DNA of 64,000 nt from Macrostomum lignano (Eukaryota), in assembly GCA_002269645.1 (NCBI GenBank), contig NIVC01000382.1, positions 372,001-436,000 of the forward strand, given 5' to 3'. A model generated the notes under the pieces. It did no database searches, had not been told where the DNA came from, and worked only from the letters and a program-made list of their open reading frames with translations. Each line of letters begins with the position of its first letter. Within the stretch, counting starts at the first letter, position 1. A program made the translations under genes and the position numbers. This document shows positions 26,681 through 38,790 of this stretch, in pieces.

Positions 26681-28477
26681 CGCCAGCTTCTCATAGCCCC
26701 TAATATTAAGAAAACTCAAACTACCAAGGAAAATGAACATTTCATATATACCATAAACTTTCGATCTGATAACAATATTGACAGACTCTTCAAGGATGAA
26801 CTTAATCCCTCCCCAGCTATACATTCTCAAAGTGAAATGGCTTTCTATCCATATAGATACTAGCATCTATTTTGATTGTCTCTTATCTCTTCATGCCTGT
26901 CCAGATCAATCGTCTTTCGCCCGGAGCCCGCTCGCGTGTATCCGTGACGGAATTTGCTTCAATACTTCTTTACTTAGCATAGTATTTAGATTAAAGAGTC
27001 AATTTGAGTTAAATCGCTAAATACTAGCGTCCCTACAATGTATGTATACAGGCACGTGTTGTACTAATTCCCAACAGCACGCCTGGATAGATGGAGGCGT
27101 GCTGTGGGGAGAGGGAAAAGGTAAGAGAGAAGCAGAGAGGGAAAGGGAGAAGAGGGAGAGGGGGAGAGATTGAGATAGGGAGAGATGGAGAGCGGGAGAG
27201 AGGGAGAGAGGGGAGGAGAGGTTGTTGGATTAACGCAAACTCACCATTATGTTATTCTATGGCCCAAAGTATGCACTAGTATAAGTGCCCGGCCGCCCCG
27301 CGATAATAAAGAAAATATAATAACCTACTGCCAGAATTAAGGCAGCATTGCTTGGGCGCATCAGCCCCAAAACAGAACAGAGGGGGAGAAGGGGAGAGGG
27401 ATAGATGGAGAGAGGGAAAGGAGAGACTGAGAGAGGGAGAGATTGAGAGAGGGAGAGGGGAGAGGAAGGGAGAGAGGGAGAGGGAGAAGGGGAGAGACAG
27501 AAGCACAGAGATCTGATAATAAAGCATGACTCAGATTAAACGGTCAGCATATCCAGAAGAAGGCCGAAAAATCGATAATTCTGCTGCATGACTGGCGTTG
27601 CCACAGCAAATACTAGTAGCTGGCCAAATATTTCACGGGCAGGTCAGCATCGCGTGCACCAGGACCCTGCCAAGATCCAGACTCGTCTCCAGTTATATTG
27701 ATTTGATTGACACGAGGGTTTATACAGGCAGAGAGGTGGCAGCAGTGGCGCACACGCAGCAGACATTTTTCAACCAATTGAAACTAGGATCCGTGCAAGA
27801 CTGATGACAAATTGGAATACAAAAAAATCTTAAGCCTATAGTGCTTCTGCGAAAGAAGAAATTAGTATGAAGAATAAATCCGGAATCTCTATAGGCAGTC
27901 AACAAAAAGTATAGGGGTTATGGGGGCTGGAAGAGAGAGAAGCACAGCTGGGATTTCTGGTTGGGAATTTGATTTGAAGAAAAAGCGAGAACTATTGAGA
28001 GAAATTTCTTCATCAACGCATGAGGATGAAGGGGAGTGGAGGCTGATGAGACAGGAGGGAAGAGCGGGTCGACTCACTCACGGGCTGTCAAAGTGCGCAT
28101 TGTGATTTGGGGCGATGGAAGAAGCATTTCTGCTTGACTCGAGAATTGCTGCATGAAGGACTCCAAGAAAATGTTGGGAATATAAGATTTGAGATTAGGC
28201 ACACACTGGAACTGCGAGAGGCGCTTAATAGAGTCCACATGCAGAGCAAACAGAGTGAAATGTATTTATTAATTATTACCTATTTAGCTAACACAGTAAT
28301 AAAAATAGCGATATGTATCGAAATGACAGTTTGTTAAAAAAACTTTGAAGATGGCAGGAAAGAAGAAAAAAATTCGTTTTTTGTTTTAATGAACCTAATA
28401 TTTTCGATTTGAAATTATATTTGTTTTTATAACTAAAAATTAAGCGCAAACTCTGAATTCTCAGCTCAATCTCTAAT

Positions 28478-28965
28478 TTGGCGCCCAATCTCTAATTTTG
28501 GCGCCCGATCTCTAATTTTGGCGCCCGATCTCTAATTTTGGCGCCCGATCTCTAATTTTGGCGCCCGATCTCTAATTTTGGCGCCCGATGTCTAATTTTG
28601 GCTCCTGATCTTTAATTTAGGCCCCCTATCTCTAATTTTGGCTCCTGATCTTTAATTTAGGCACCCTATCTCTAATTTTGGCGCCCGATCTCTAATTTTG
28701 GCTCCTGATCTTTAATTTAGGCCCCCTATCTCTAATTTTGGCTCCTGATCTTTAATTTAGGCACCCTATCTCTAATTTTGGCGCCCGATCTCTAATTTTG
28801 GCGCCCGATCTCTAATTTTGGTGCCCGAGATCTCTAGTTTTGGCGTCCGATCTCTAATTTTAACGTCCGAGATCTCTAGTTTTGGCGTCCGATCTCTAAT
28901 TTTAACGTCCGAGATCTCTAATTATGGCGCTTGATCGCTAAATTTTGGCGCCCAATCTCTAATTT
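28478..28965. repeat. 20-bp minisatellite (tctaattttggcgcccgatc)
   Basis: About 24 copies. Confidence 0.9.
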
Positions 28966-29629
28966 CGCCCCTACATGTATTCCATAAAATTGGTGTCCAT
29001 TTAATAAATTTGGCACCCGATCTCTATTTGTCTCCCAATCAGCATCTTAGTGTCACAAAACTAATAATGTAATACATAATATTAACTAGTGTTTAACTAC
29101 AGTATCGCATTTATGCTATATTAATGCTCTATAAAACTTGATTAGTAGGTGTCACAAGCCAATAAGCACATATACAAAAAGATTTGACGTACATGTACAC
29201 CTTTCGTATCCAGAAGACTCAGAAAAAGAAGCCAATTGATTCTAATACTTTATCGGGGCTGTCCACTATAAAAGAGTCTGCGCTGGCATTGCACTGCCCC
29301 GATCAAATATTGACCAAGAAAACACCCTGCCATTGGTGTTCAGCTTTGCTTCTATGCATAAATGCCCGAAGAAACTGATAAGAGGATTCGATAGTATGAT
29401 TTACCTATCGCTAATAAGTATAGAGGTTTGTATAGCATGGCAAATGTGGCTTCTGTGAACGCCCCCTCCCTATATTATAGTTGCTGATAAGGTATTGTAT
29501 ATTTATAAGAATGCCGTAAATTGAACTGGATTCTGTGTTAAGATATTCTTTTTAAAATCAAGGCATTTCTGAAAGACCGAGGATTCAGAAATAATAAATT
29601 CTTAATTAAAATAGATAAAATGGATAGCT

Positions 29630-30530
29630 TCTCATAGAGAACAGATTACCGATTCTCATAGAGAATAAATGACGATTCGCATAGAGAATAGATGATTTGC
29701 ATAGAGAATAGATGGCGATTCTCATAGAGAATAAATGACGATTCGCATAGAGAATAGATGATTTGCATAGAGAATAGATGGCGATTCTCATAGAGAATAA
29801 ATGACGATTCGCATAGAGAATAGATGATTTGCATAGAGAATAGATGGCGATTCTCATAGAGAATAAATGACGATTCGCATAGAGAATAGATGATTTGCAT
29901 AGAGAATAGATGGCGATTCTCATAGAGAATAAATGACGATTCGCATAGAGAATAGATGATTTGCATAGAGAATAGATGGCGATTCTCATAGAGAATAAAT
30001 GACGATTCGCATAGAGAATAGATGATTTGCATAGAGAATAGATGGCGATTCTCATAGAGAATAAATGACGATTCGCATAGAGAATAGATGATTTGCATAG
30101 AGAATAGATGGCGATTCTCATAGAGAATAAATGACGATTCGCATAGAGAATAGATGATTTGCATAGAGAATAGATGGCGATTCTCATAGAGAATAAATGA
30201 CGATTCGCATAGAGAATAGATGATTTGCATAGAGAATAGATGGCGATTCTCATAGAGAATAGATAACGATTCTGACAGAGAATAAATCGCGATTCTTAAA
30301 TAGAATAGATGGCGATTCTGGACTCTCATTAGAATAGAGATTGTGATTCGCATAGAGAATAGATGGCGATTCTCAAAGAGAATAGATGCGATTCTCGTAT
30401 AGAAAAGGTGCCGATTCTCAAAGAGATAAGATTGCGATTCTTATATAGAGAATAGATGGAGATTCTCATAGAGAATATAAGGTGATTCTCAATCTCATAT
30501 AGAGAATAGATGGAGATTCTTATAGAGAAG
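29630..30530. repeat. Minisatellite with a 66-bp higher-order unit (23+20+23 bp; core cgattctcatagagaatagatg)
   Basis: 22-aa periodicity in the ORF translations; about 9 near-perfect higher-order copies plus degenerate flanks. Confidence 0.92.
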
Positions 30531-30949
30531 TGATTGCACTAAAGAGAATATATGCAGGAAGATTAAAACCCGGCAGGATAGATAAATAGTATCAGCATGG
30601 AGGACTACATATATACAATTGTCAGCTTTACAACTGCACAACGTTGTCAATTACTTACCAAATATTTCCTTAACAAATCGGTCCTTCAAGGTTGCAGACT
30701 CAGAAAGATGCTATATATTAATTTTTTGCTGAAATCCACAAGTTTAAAAGCCGAGCTGGCTGATGTTGAACTGCAGGAAATTTAGCCGGCATCAAATGCC
30801 ATATATTATATATTATAAAAGCGGCTAAATCCTTTATCAGCATACGTTACCTCTAGCTATCTAAGGCCAACTATCATTGGCTCCCATAGGAACTATCAGG
30901 TAGCCAATGAGTAGTTGAGGACATTCTTCTTGTATAGAAATTCGATGAA

Positions 30950-31250
30950 TATAACAGTAAAACTCATCGTATACTACTGCCCAAGTAGCAGTTTAGCATT
31001 GCACGACTATCTTCCAAAAAGAGGAGGCGATAGTGCAGGAGCCAGACCATGCCACATATCAAGCCACAACAACATCATGCAATGGCAACGAGCTGGTGGA
31101 CCGCTCGGTCGGACTGCCTGCCCTCCCTGACGAAGTCATCCGTTAACCGAGCCATTCTTCAGACGGTTGAGCCACCAACACCAACTGCACTGGAAAAGAC
31201 AATGTTCGACCTGGAGATGCTGCAAAGCCATTATAATTTGTCATAGTTTC
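30950..31250 (+). pseudogene. Possible decayed RNase H fragment of a non-LTR retrotransposon
   Basis: Frameshifted CHISSHNNI + GNELVDRSV resembles the RNase H motif W(V/I)PSHxGIxGNExADxxA; interrupted by stops. Confidence 0.3.
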
Positions 31251-32352
31251 TTCCAGAGACTGCTCGATCCCTCATTGACCCTTTCTGCGGTTTAGAGAAG
31301 GAATTAAACAGCCGAGCACCAACGAGTCACATCCTCTGACCAAACCGGACTTGATCTGTGACCTATGCGCGTTCATATAGCAGAACTCCCGGCGACTTTC
31401 TACTGCTGGCGCTAAAACAGGGGGCCTCGCGGCTAATTAGGCAAGGGCCACGGATGGGACTCGCAGGACACAGCTCATTCCATTAACAAACCCAGAAGTG
31501 CAGGCTGCATAAAAGTACAGTGCGTCCGCGCAAGTTTTATTTTCAATTACCACGTTTTTACCATACTTTTTCCAGGGCTTGATTTTTTTACAATTTTTAG
31601 TGAAGCTTGTTTTTTTTTAAATTCAGTTCATGGTCAAGCATTTTGCGTAAGAAGTTTTTTAACACTTGCCGATTTTTGGGAAATTTTTTAGGTCATTTTT
31701 TGTTATTAAGACTCTTCCCGATTGGGGACGCCCTAGAAATAGCAGTGTTATGGCCTTTGTTTTTGTCATTAAGTCAATCGGGCTGTATAAACCGTGGCCC
31801 ACTTTATCCGCGAGATGCATTACTGCCCATTCCGCGAATCCCCTGAGCAGGCAAGGATATACATACACAGGAGTGTACAGCAGCCCTAACTTTATTTATC
31901 GTTAGGCATGTACACTTCACTGTGTCTTGAGGTTTGGCCCTCAATGACGTTAATTGCACGAGCAGAGCCAAGCAAGCCGTGTTAGTAAAGTAAAAAAGTA
32001 TAGAAAACTTTTTAATTCGCGACAGCAATAAAATTTGCTTTTCATTAGTTTGTGTTGATTAAAAAATCAGGATAAAAAAGCTATCAATCCTACTAATAGT
32101 AGACAGAATCTACCCTACACTGAACCTACTGAAAATATATTTATTTAGGCAATACAGAGAAGTACTTGAAGTACATAGAACAAATGTAAGTAGTCAAAAT
32201 TCTAAAATGTCAAAAAATACTGTTCAAATGATTCCTTTGATGAGATCCGAGAATTCTGAAAATTTGGAGACAAATGAAATGTTTTTGCAATTTTACTACG
32301 TTTAACCGTGAAGTAAAATCAGTAAGAGAAATTCATAAATGGTTTTCTTTCA

Positions 32353-32432
32353 TCAGACGACGCGCATGATTTCGTAATCAGTAGTTGCCAAGATTAACAA
32401 CTTTAGAGAGATTCCCAATAGTTTATCATCAT
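32353..32432 (-). ncRNA. Box C/D snoRNA, dual 28S guide, copy 1
   Basis: Minus strand reads ATGATGA (C)...GGGAATCTCT-CTAA (D' guide + D')...CTGATTA (C')...TCATGCGCGTC-GT-CTGA (D guide + D). The guides are complementary to 28S GAGAUUCCCA and GACGCGCAUGA. Confidence 0.88.
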
Positions 32433-32474
32433 CGATTTCTAATGTTGATTGCAGTGCTGCAAGGGCGTTATTTG

Positions 32475-33675
32475 AGGGCTGAGGGGGATTCTTATAGATG
32501 GTTGAGGGGTGATTCTTACAGATTGCTCAGGGCGATGCTTATAGGCCGAGGGGCGATTCTTATAGATGGCTGAGGGGCGATTATTATAGATGGCTGAGGG
32601 GCGATTCTCATAGATGGCTGAGGGGTGATTCTTATAGATGGCTGAGGGGCGATTCTCATAGATGGCTGAGGGGTGATTCTTATAGATGGCCGAGGGGCGA
32701 TTCTCATAGATGGCTGAGGGGTGATTCTTATAGATGGCTGAGGGGCGATTCTCATAGATGGCTCAGGGGTGATTCTTATAGATGGTTGAGGGGTGATTCT
32801 TATAGATGGTTGAGGGGTGATTCTTATAGATGGCTGAGGGGTGATTCTTACAGATGGCTGAGGGGCGATTCTTATAGATGGTTGAGGGGTGATTCTTATA
32901 GATGGCTGAGGGGTGATTCTTATAGATGGCTGAGGGGTGATTCTTACAGATGGCTGAGGGGCGATTCTTATAGATGGTTGAGGGGTGATTCTTATAGATG
33001 GCTGAGGGGTGATTCTTATAGATGGCTGAGGGGTGATTCTTATAGATGGCTGAGGGGTGATTCTTACAGATGGCTGAGGGGTAATTCTTATAGATGGCTG
33101 AGGGCGATTCCTATAGATGGCTGAGGGGTGATTCTTACAGATGGCTGAGGGGTGATTCCTACAGATGGCTGAGGGGCGATTCTTATAGATGGTTGAGGGG
33201 TGATTCTTATAGATGGTTGAGGGGTGATTCTTATAGATGGTTGAGGGGTGATTCTTATAGATGGCTGAGGGGTGATTCTTACAGATGGCTGAGGGGCGAT
33301 TCTTATAGATGGTTGAGGGGTGATTCTTATAGATGGCTGAGGGGTGATTCTTATAGATGGCTGAGGGGTGATTCTTACAGATGGCTGAGGGGCGATTCTT
33401 ATAGATGGCTGAGGGCGATGCTTATAGGCCGAGGGGCGATTCCTACAGATGGCTCAGGGGTGATTCATATAGATGGCTGAGGGGCGATTCTTATAGATGG
33501 CTGAGGGCGATGCTTATAGGCCGAGGGGCGATTCCTACAGATGGCTCAGGGGTGATTCATATAGATGGCTGAGGGGCGATTCTTATAGATGGCTGAGGGC
33601 GATGCTTATAGGCCGAGGGGCGATTCTTACAGATGGCTCAGGGGTGATTCTTATAGATGGCTGAGGGGTAATTCT
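32475..33675. repeat. 24-bp minisatellite (gctgaggggtgattcttatagatg)
   Basis: About 50 copies. Confidence 0.95.
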
Positions 33676-33884
33676 TTCGATTAAAAAATATCAAACTAGA
33701 CAAAATAGTTCAAAGCAGACATACCGAGGAACATTGGTTAAACCGATTAACCAAGCCCAATGTTAAAAATTTCGGAGCAATGATGTGGTACATCTAAAAA
33801 TAGATTGAATAAAAAAGATGCTTGAGTCTATTTTGACATGAAAATGAAAATTTACGTCATTTAAAATTAGTCAATTATTAAAAC

Positions 33885-33966
33885 TCAGACGACGCGCATG
33901 ATTTTGTAATCAGAAGCTGTCAAAAGATTTTGAAAGCTTTAGAGAGATTCCCAAGGTTATCATCAT
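33885..33966 (-). ncRNA. Box C/D snoRNA, dual 28S guide, copy 2
   Basis: Same C, D', C', D boxes and guides; internal hairpin agct..tcaaa/tttga..agct. Confidence 0.88.
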
Positions 33967-34195
33967 TGAAGAAAACTAAATTAAGCAGATGCATGTGCTA
34001 TAACAGTATGCCTACCTGTGTGTCCGATTGAGGCACTAGAAATGATTTATCTCGATAGAAAGACAATGAAAATTTTCATCTGCCGACATAAATCGAATCT
34101 GAAAGTTTTTTTCAAAGAACGAACCGATATTTTAGAATTAATGATGACAACGTATTAATGTTATAAAACTAAAAAAACATAACGTTTAATTCAAG

Positions 34196-34279
34196 TCAGA
34201 CGACGCGCATGATTTTGTAATCAGTAGCTTAAGATTAAATTTCTAAAGCTTTAGAGAGATTCCCAATAGTTATCATCAT
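34196..34279 (-). ncRNA. Box C/D snoRNA, dual 28S guide, copy 3
   Basis: Same boxes and guides. Confidence 0.88.
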
Positions 34280-34344
34280 TAAAATACAGTGATTTTTTAA
34301 GTATGAGCCAACTCAGGGGCGGTTTGAGAGCGACTCTTAGGAGT

Positions 34345-34945
34345 TGTCTATGGCCGATTCTCATGGATTGTCTATGGCCGATTCTCTTGGGTTGTCTATG
34401 GCCGATTCTCTTGGGTTGTCTATGGCCGTTTCTCATGGATTGTCTATGGCCGATTCTCTTGGGTTGTCTATGGCCGTTTCTCATGGATTGTCTATGGCCG
34501 ATTCTCTTGGGTTGTCTATGGCCGATTCTCTTGGGTTGTCTATGGCCGATTCTCTTGGGTTGTCCATGGCCGATTCTCATGGATTATCTATGGCCGATTC
34601 TCATGCATTTTCTATGGCCGATTCTCATGGATTGTCTATGGCCGATTCTCTTGGGTTGTCCATGGCCGATTCTCATGAATTATCTATGGCCGATTCTCTT
34701 GGGTTGTCCATGGCCGATTCTCATGAATTATCTATGGCCGATTCTCTTGGATTGTCTATGGCCGATTCTCTTGGGTTGTCCATGGCCGATTCTCATGAAT
34801 TATCTATGGCCGATTCTCTTGGATTGTCTATGGCCGATTCTCTTGGGTTGTCCATGGCCGATTCTCATGAATTATCTATGGCCGATTCTCTTGGATTGTC
34901 TATGGGTGATTCTCATGGGTTGTCTATGGGCGATTGTCAGGGTCT
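34345..34945. repeat. 24-bp minisatellite (tgtctatggccgattctcttgggt)
   Basis: About 25 copies. Confidence 0.95.
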
Positions 34946-35159
34946 ATAGACAATTCTAATTCTGATCTATGGGTGACATTGCCAAATTGTATAGTGATGT
35001 TTACTGTGTGAAATACTTACCAAACCTCCGATTTCAAGCCAACAACCGTAAATATTTCAACAAAAACCACGTTGCTCTGAAATTACGCAAAAAATCTGCT
35101 ATGTTTCTCGCACGTAGAAATATCATTGGCTACTGTAAATAATATTAAGTAACTTGGAA

Positions 35160-35238
35160 TCAGACGACGCGCATGATTTTGTAATCAGTAGCTTAGATAT
35201 CCTTAGCTTTAGAGAGATTCCCTATAGATTATCATCAT
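35160..35238 (-). ncRNA. Box C/D snoRNA, dual 28S guide, copy 4
   Basis: Same boxes and guides (D' guide is 9 nt in this copy). Confidence 0.88.
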
Positions 35239-35299
35239 CGATTGTACTTGGAAGATGAAATGCTCTAAAGCTGGTTTTGTGCATTTCTTATAAGAGTTG

Positions 35300-35705
35300 A
35301 AGGGCGATTCTTGAGCTGGTTTAGGGGCGATTCTTAGGGTAGTTTAGGGGCGACTTTTAGGGTGGTTTAGGGGCGATTTTTAGGGTGGTTTAGGGGCGAT
35401 TCTTAGGGTGGTTTAGGGGCGATTTTTAGGGTGGTTTAGGGGCGATTCTTAGGGTAGTTTAGGGGCGACTTTTAGGGTGGTTTAGGCTTTATGGGCGATT
35501 CTTAGGGTAGTTTTAGGGGCAATTTTTAGGGTGGTTTAGGGGTGATTTTTAGGGTGGTTTAGGGGCGATTATTAGGGTATTCTAGGGCTGATTCTTAGGG
35601 TAGTTTAGGGGCGATTATTAGGGTATTCTAGGGGTGATTCTTAGAGTAGTTTAGGCGAGATTCTTAGAGTGGTTAAGGGGCGATTTCTGGGGTGGTTTAG
35701 GGGCG
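35300..35705. repeat. Degenerate 24-bp minisatellite (tttaggggcgattcttagggtggt), rich in TTAGGG
   Basis: About 17 copies. Confidence 0.9.
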
Positions 35706-35970
35706 ATTAATAGAAATACTTCAGGCAAATTGCTAAAAAGGGTTACGGCGATTTTTAAGGGTATTTAAGGTCGAAGATGGAGAACTTTAAAAACAGATTC
35801 ACAACACTTTATTGATCCTACTTACCACATCCTAATATTTACAGTTAACAGACTAATTCCACAACCGCTCTAAAAATAGCGACCTGAAAAATGCGAACGA
35901 TTAAAAATCAAATAAACCCAACTGCTATAACAATAAAGTTTTTAATAAGCAATGAAGCTAAAGATGAAAC

Positions 35971-36057
35971 TCAGACGACGCGCATGATTTCGTAATCAGT
36001 AGCTTTTAGATTCGAAAATCTGAAGCTTTAGAGAGATTCCCAAAATGTTATCATCAT
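35971..36057 (-). ncRNA. Box C/D snoRNA, dual 28S guide, copy 5
   Basis: Same boxes and guides; the internal stem is capped by a UUCG loop (agcttcagatt-ttcg-aatctaaaagct). Confidence 0.9.
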
Positions 36058-36107
36058 TTCTTGAATGTGTACTTGTGCTCTGCAGACTACTTAGTGTGTT
36101 TCTTAGA

Positions 36108-37670
36108 ATGGGCTTCAGGCCTATTCTTGGAAGGGGCTTAAGGGCCATTCTTGGAAGGGGCTTAAGGGACATTCTTGGAAGGAGCTTAAGGGCCATTCTT
36201 GGAAGGGGTTTAAGGGCCATTCTTGGAAGGGGTTTAAGGGCCATTCTTGGAAGGGGTTTAAGGGCCATTCTTGGAAGGTGTTTAAGGGCCATTCTTGGAA
36301 GGGGTTTAAGGGCCATTCTTGGAAGGTGTTTAAGGGCCATTCTTGGAAGGGGTTTAAGGGCCATTCTTGGAAGGGGTTTAAGGGCCATTCTTGGAAGGGG
36401 TTTAAGGGCCATTCTTGGAAGGGGTTTAAGGGCCATTCTTGGAAGGGGCTTAAGGGCCATTCTTGGAAGGGGCTTAAGGGACATTCTTGGAAGGAGCTTA
36501 AGGGCCATTCTTGGAAGGGGTTTAAGGGCCATTCTTGGAAGGGGTTTAAGGGCCATTCTTGGAAGGGGCTTAAGGGCCATTCTTGGAAGGGGTTTAAGGG
36601 CCATTCTTGGAAGGGGTTTAAGGGCCATTCTTGGAAGGTGTTTAAGGGCCATTTTTGGAAGGGGTTTAAGGGCCATTCTTGGAAGGGGTTTAAGGGCCAT
36701 TCTTGGAAGGGGTTTAAGGGCCATTCTTGGAAGGGGTTTAAGGGCCATTCTTGGAAGGAGCTTAAGGGCCATTCTTGGAAGGTGTTTAAGGGCCATTCTT
36801 GGAAGGGGTTTAAGGGCCATTCTTGGAAGGGGTTTAAGGGCCATTCTTGGAAGGGGCTTAAGGGACATTCTTGGAAGGGGCTTAAGGGACATTCTTGGAA
36901 GGGGTTTAAGGACCATTCTTGGAAGGGGTTTAAGGGCCATTCTTGGAAGGGGTTTAAGGGCCATTCTTGGAAGGGGTTTAAGGGCCATTCTTGGAAGGGG
37001 TTTAAGGGCCATTCTTGGAAGGGGTTTAAGGGCCATTCTTGGAAGGGGTTTAAGGGCCATTCTTGGAAGGGGTTTAAGGGCCATTCTTGGAAGGGGTTTA
37101 AGGGCCATTCTTGGAAGGGGTTTAAGGGCCATTCTTGGAAGGGGTTTAAGGGCCATTTTTGGAAGGGGTTTAAGGGCCATTCTTGGAAGGGGTTTAAGGG
37201 CCATTCTTGGAAGGGGTTTAAGGACCATTCTTGGAAGTGGCTTAAGGGCCATTCTTGGAAGGGGTTTAAGGGCCATTCTTGGAAGGGGTTTAAGGGCCAT
37301 TCTTGGAAGGGGCTTAAGGGCCATTCTTGGAAGGGGCTTAAGGGCCATTCTTGGAAGGGGTTTAAGGGCCATTCTTGGAAGGAGCTTAAGGGTCATTCTT
37401 GGAAGGGGTTTAAGGGCCATTCTTGGAAGGGGTTTAAGGGCCATTCTTGGAAGGGGTTTAAGGGCCATTCTTGGAAGGGGTTTAAGGGCCATTCTTGGAA
37501 GGGGTTTAAGGGCCATTCTTGGAAGGGGTTTAAGGGCCATTCTTGGAAGGGGCTTAAGGGCCATTTTTGGAAGGGCTTAAGGGTCATTCTTGGAAGAGGT
37601 TTAAGGGCCACTCTAGGAGGGGAGTTAAGGGCCATTCTTAAAAGGGGTTTAAGGGCAATGTTTTTAAGGA
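36108..37670. repeat. 24-bp minisatellite (ggccattcttggaaggggtttaag)
   Basis: About 63 copies; source of the spurious 465-522 aa ORFs. Confidence 0.96.
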
Positions 37671-37955
37671 GTTAAAGAGCGGTTATTGTAGTGATTTTTA
37701 AAGGAATTATAAAAGTTGTTTTATACCTAGATAGTAACTGACTATTTCCTAGTGAAACAAACATAAAAACATGAAAAATTAGTTTTACATAGATAATAAT
37801 CACGCACCTTACATTAGTTGAACTGGAAATTACAACCGCACGTATTCAGCTCGAATCCGTATCTCTAGAAATATCTAAAAATAAAGATAAATATGATAGT
37901 TACTATAAAAAATTATAAAGCTTTTTATAACTTGTTTATCTAAAAGTTCCCTTAG

Positions 37956-38029
37956 TCAGACGACGCGCATGATACTGTAATCAGTAGCTTATGTAAAGCT
38001 TTAGAGAGATTCCCATTAGTTATCATCAT
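37956..38029 (-). ncRNA. Box C/D snoRNA, dual 28S guide, copy 6
   Basis: Same boxes and guides; shortest internal stem. Confidence 0.88.
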
Positions 38030-38261
38030 TATAGATACCGATATAATTACTAGAATGCTGATATGCACTTACACGGAAAATGAAATCTTGAAAACGCCAT
38101 GAAATAAAACTTCATTTTGAAATATCGTCTTGATAATCGGTGCGTGTTGTTCAAGTCGTTACGATGTTTCTGAAACAAAAAATCAATATGCTACTTTAAG
38201 TAGAAATGTCCAGAAATTAATAAAACTCTTAGTCATGATAATTATAAAGTCGTAATTCTTT

Positions 38262-38790
38262 GAAGGGTATATTGAAGGTCAATCTTGTTTCACAGGGGCG
38301 ATTCTGTAGAGGGTATATTGAAGGTCAACCTTGTGACATAGGCCCGTTTCTGTAGAGGGTATATTGAAGGTCAATCTTGTGTCATCGGCCTGTTTCTGTA
38401 GAGGGTATATTGAAGGTCAATCTTGTGTCATAGGCCCGTTTCTGTAGAGGGTATATTAAAGGTTATACTTGTGTCACTGAGGGAATTCTGTAGAGGGCAT
38501 ATTGAAGGTCAACCTTGTGACATAGGCCCGTTTCTGTAGAGGGTATATTGAAGGTTATACTTGTGTCACTGAGGGAATTCTGTAGAGGGTATATTGAAGG
38601 TCAACCTTATGACATAGGCCCGTTTCTGTAGAGGGTATATTGAAGGTCAATCTTGTGTCATCGGCCTGTTTCTGTAGAGGGTATATTGAAGGTCAATCTT
38701 GTGTCATAGGCCCGTTTCTGTAGAGGGTATATTAAAGGTTATACTTGTGTCACTGAGGGAATTCTGTAGAGGGCATATTGAAGGTCAATC
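38262..38790. repeat. 46-bp minisatellite (gtatattgaaggtcaaccttgtgacataggcccgtttctgtagagg)
   Basis: About 11 copies. Confidence 0.92.

Noticed and set aside
32353-38029. Conserved repeats with variable spacers read as a CRISPR-like system
   Set aside because: Spacers are 0.2-1.9 kb and irregular; C/D boxes, rRNA guides and splice-site geometry explain the pattern as intronic snoRNAs.
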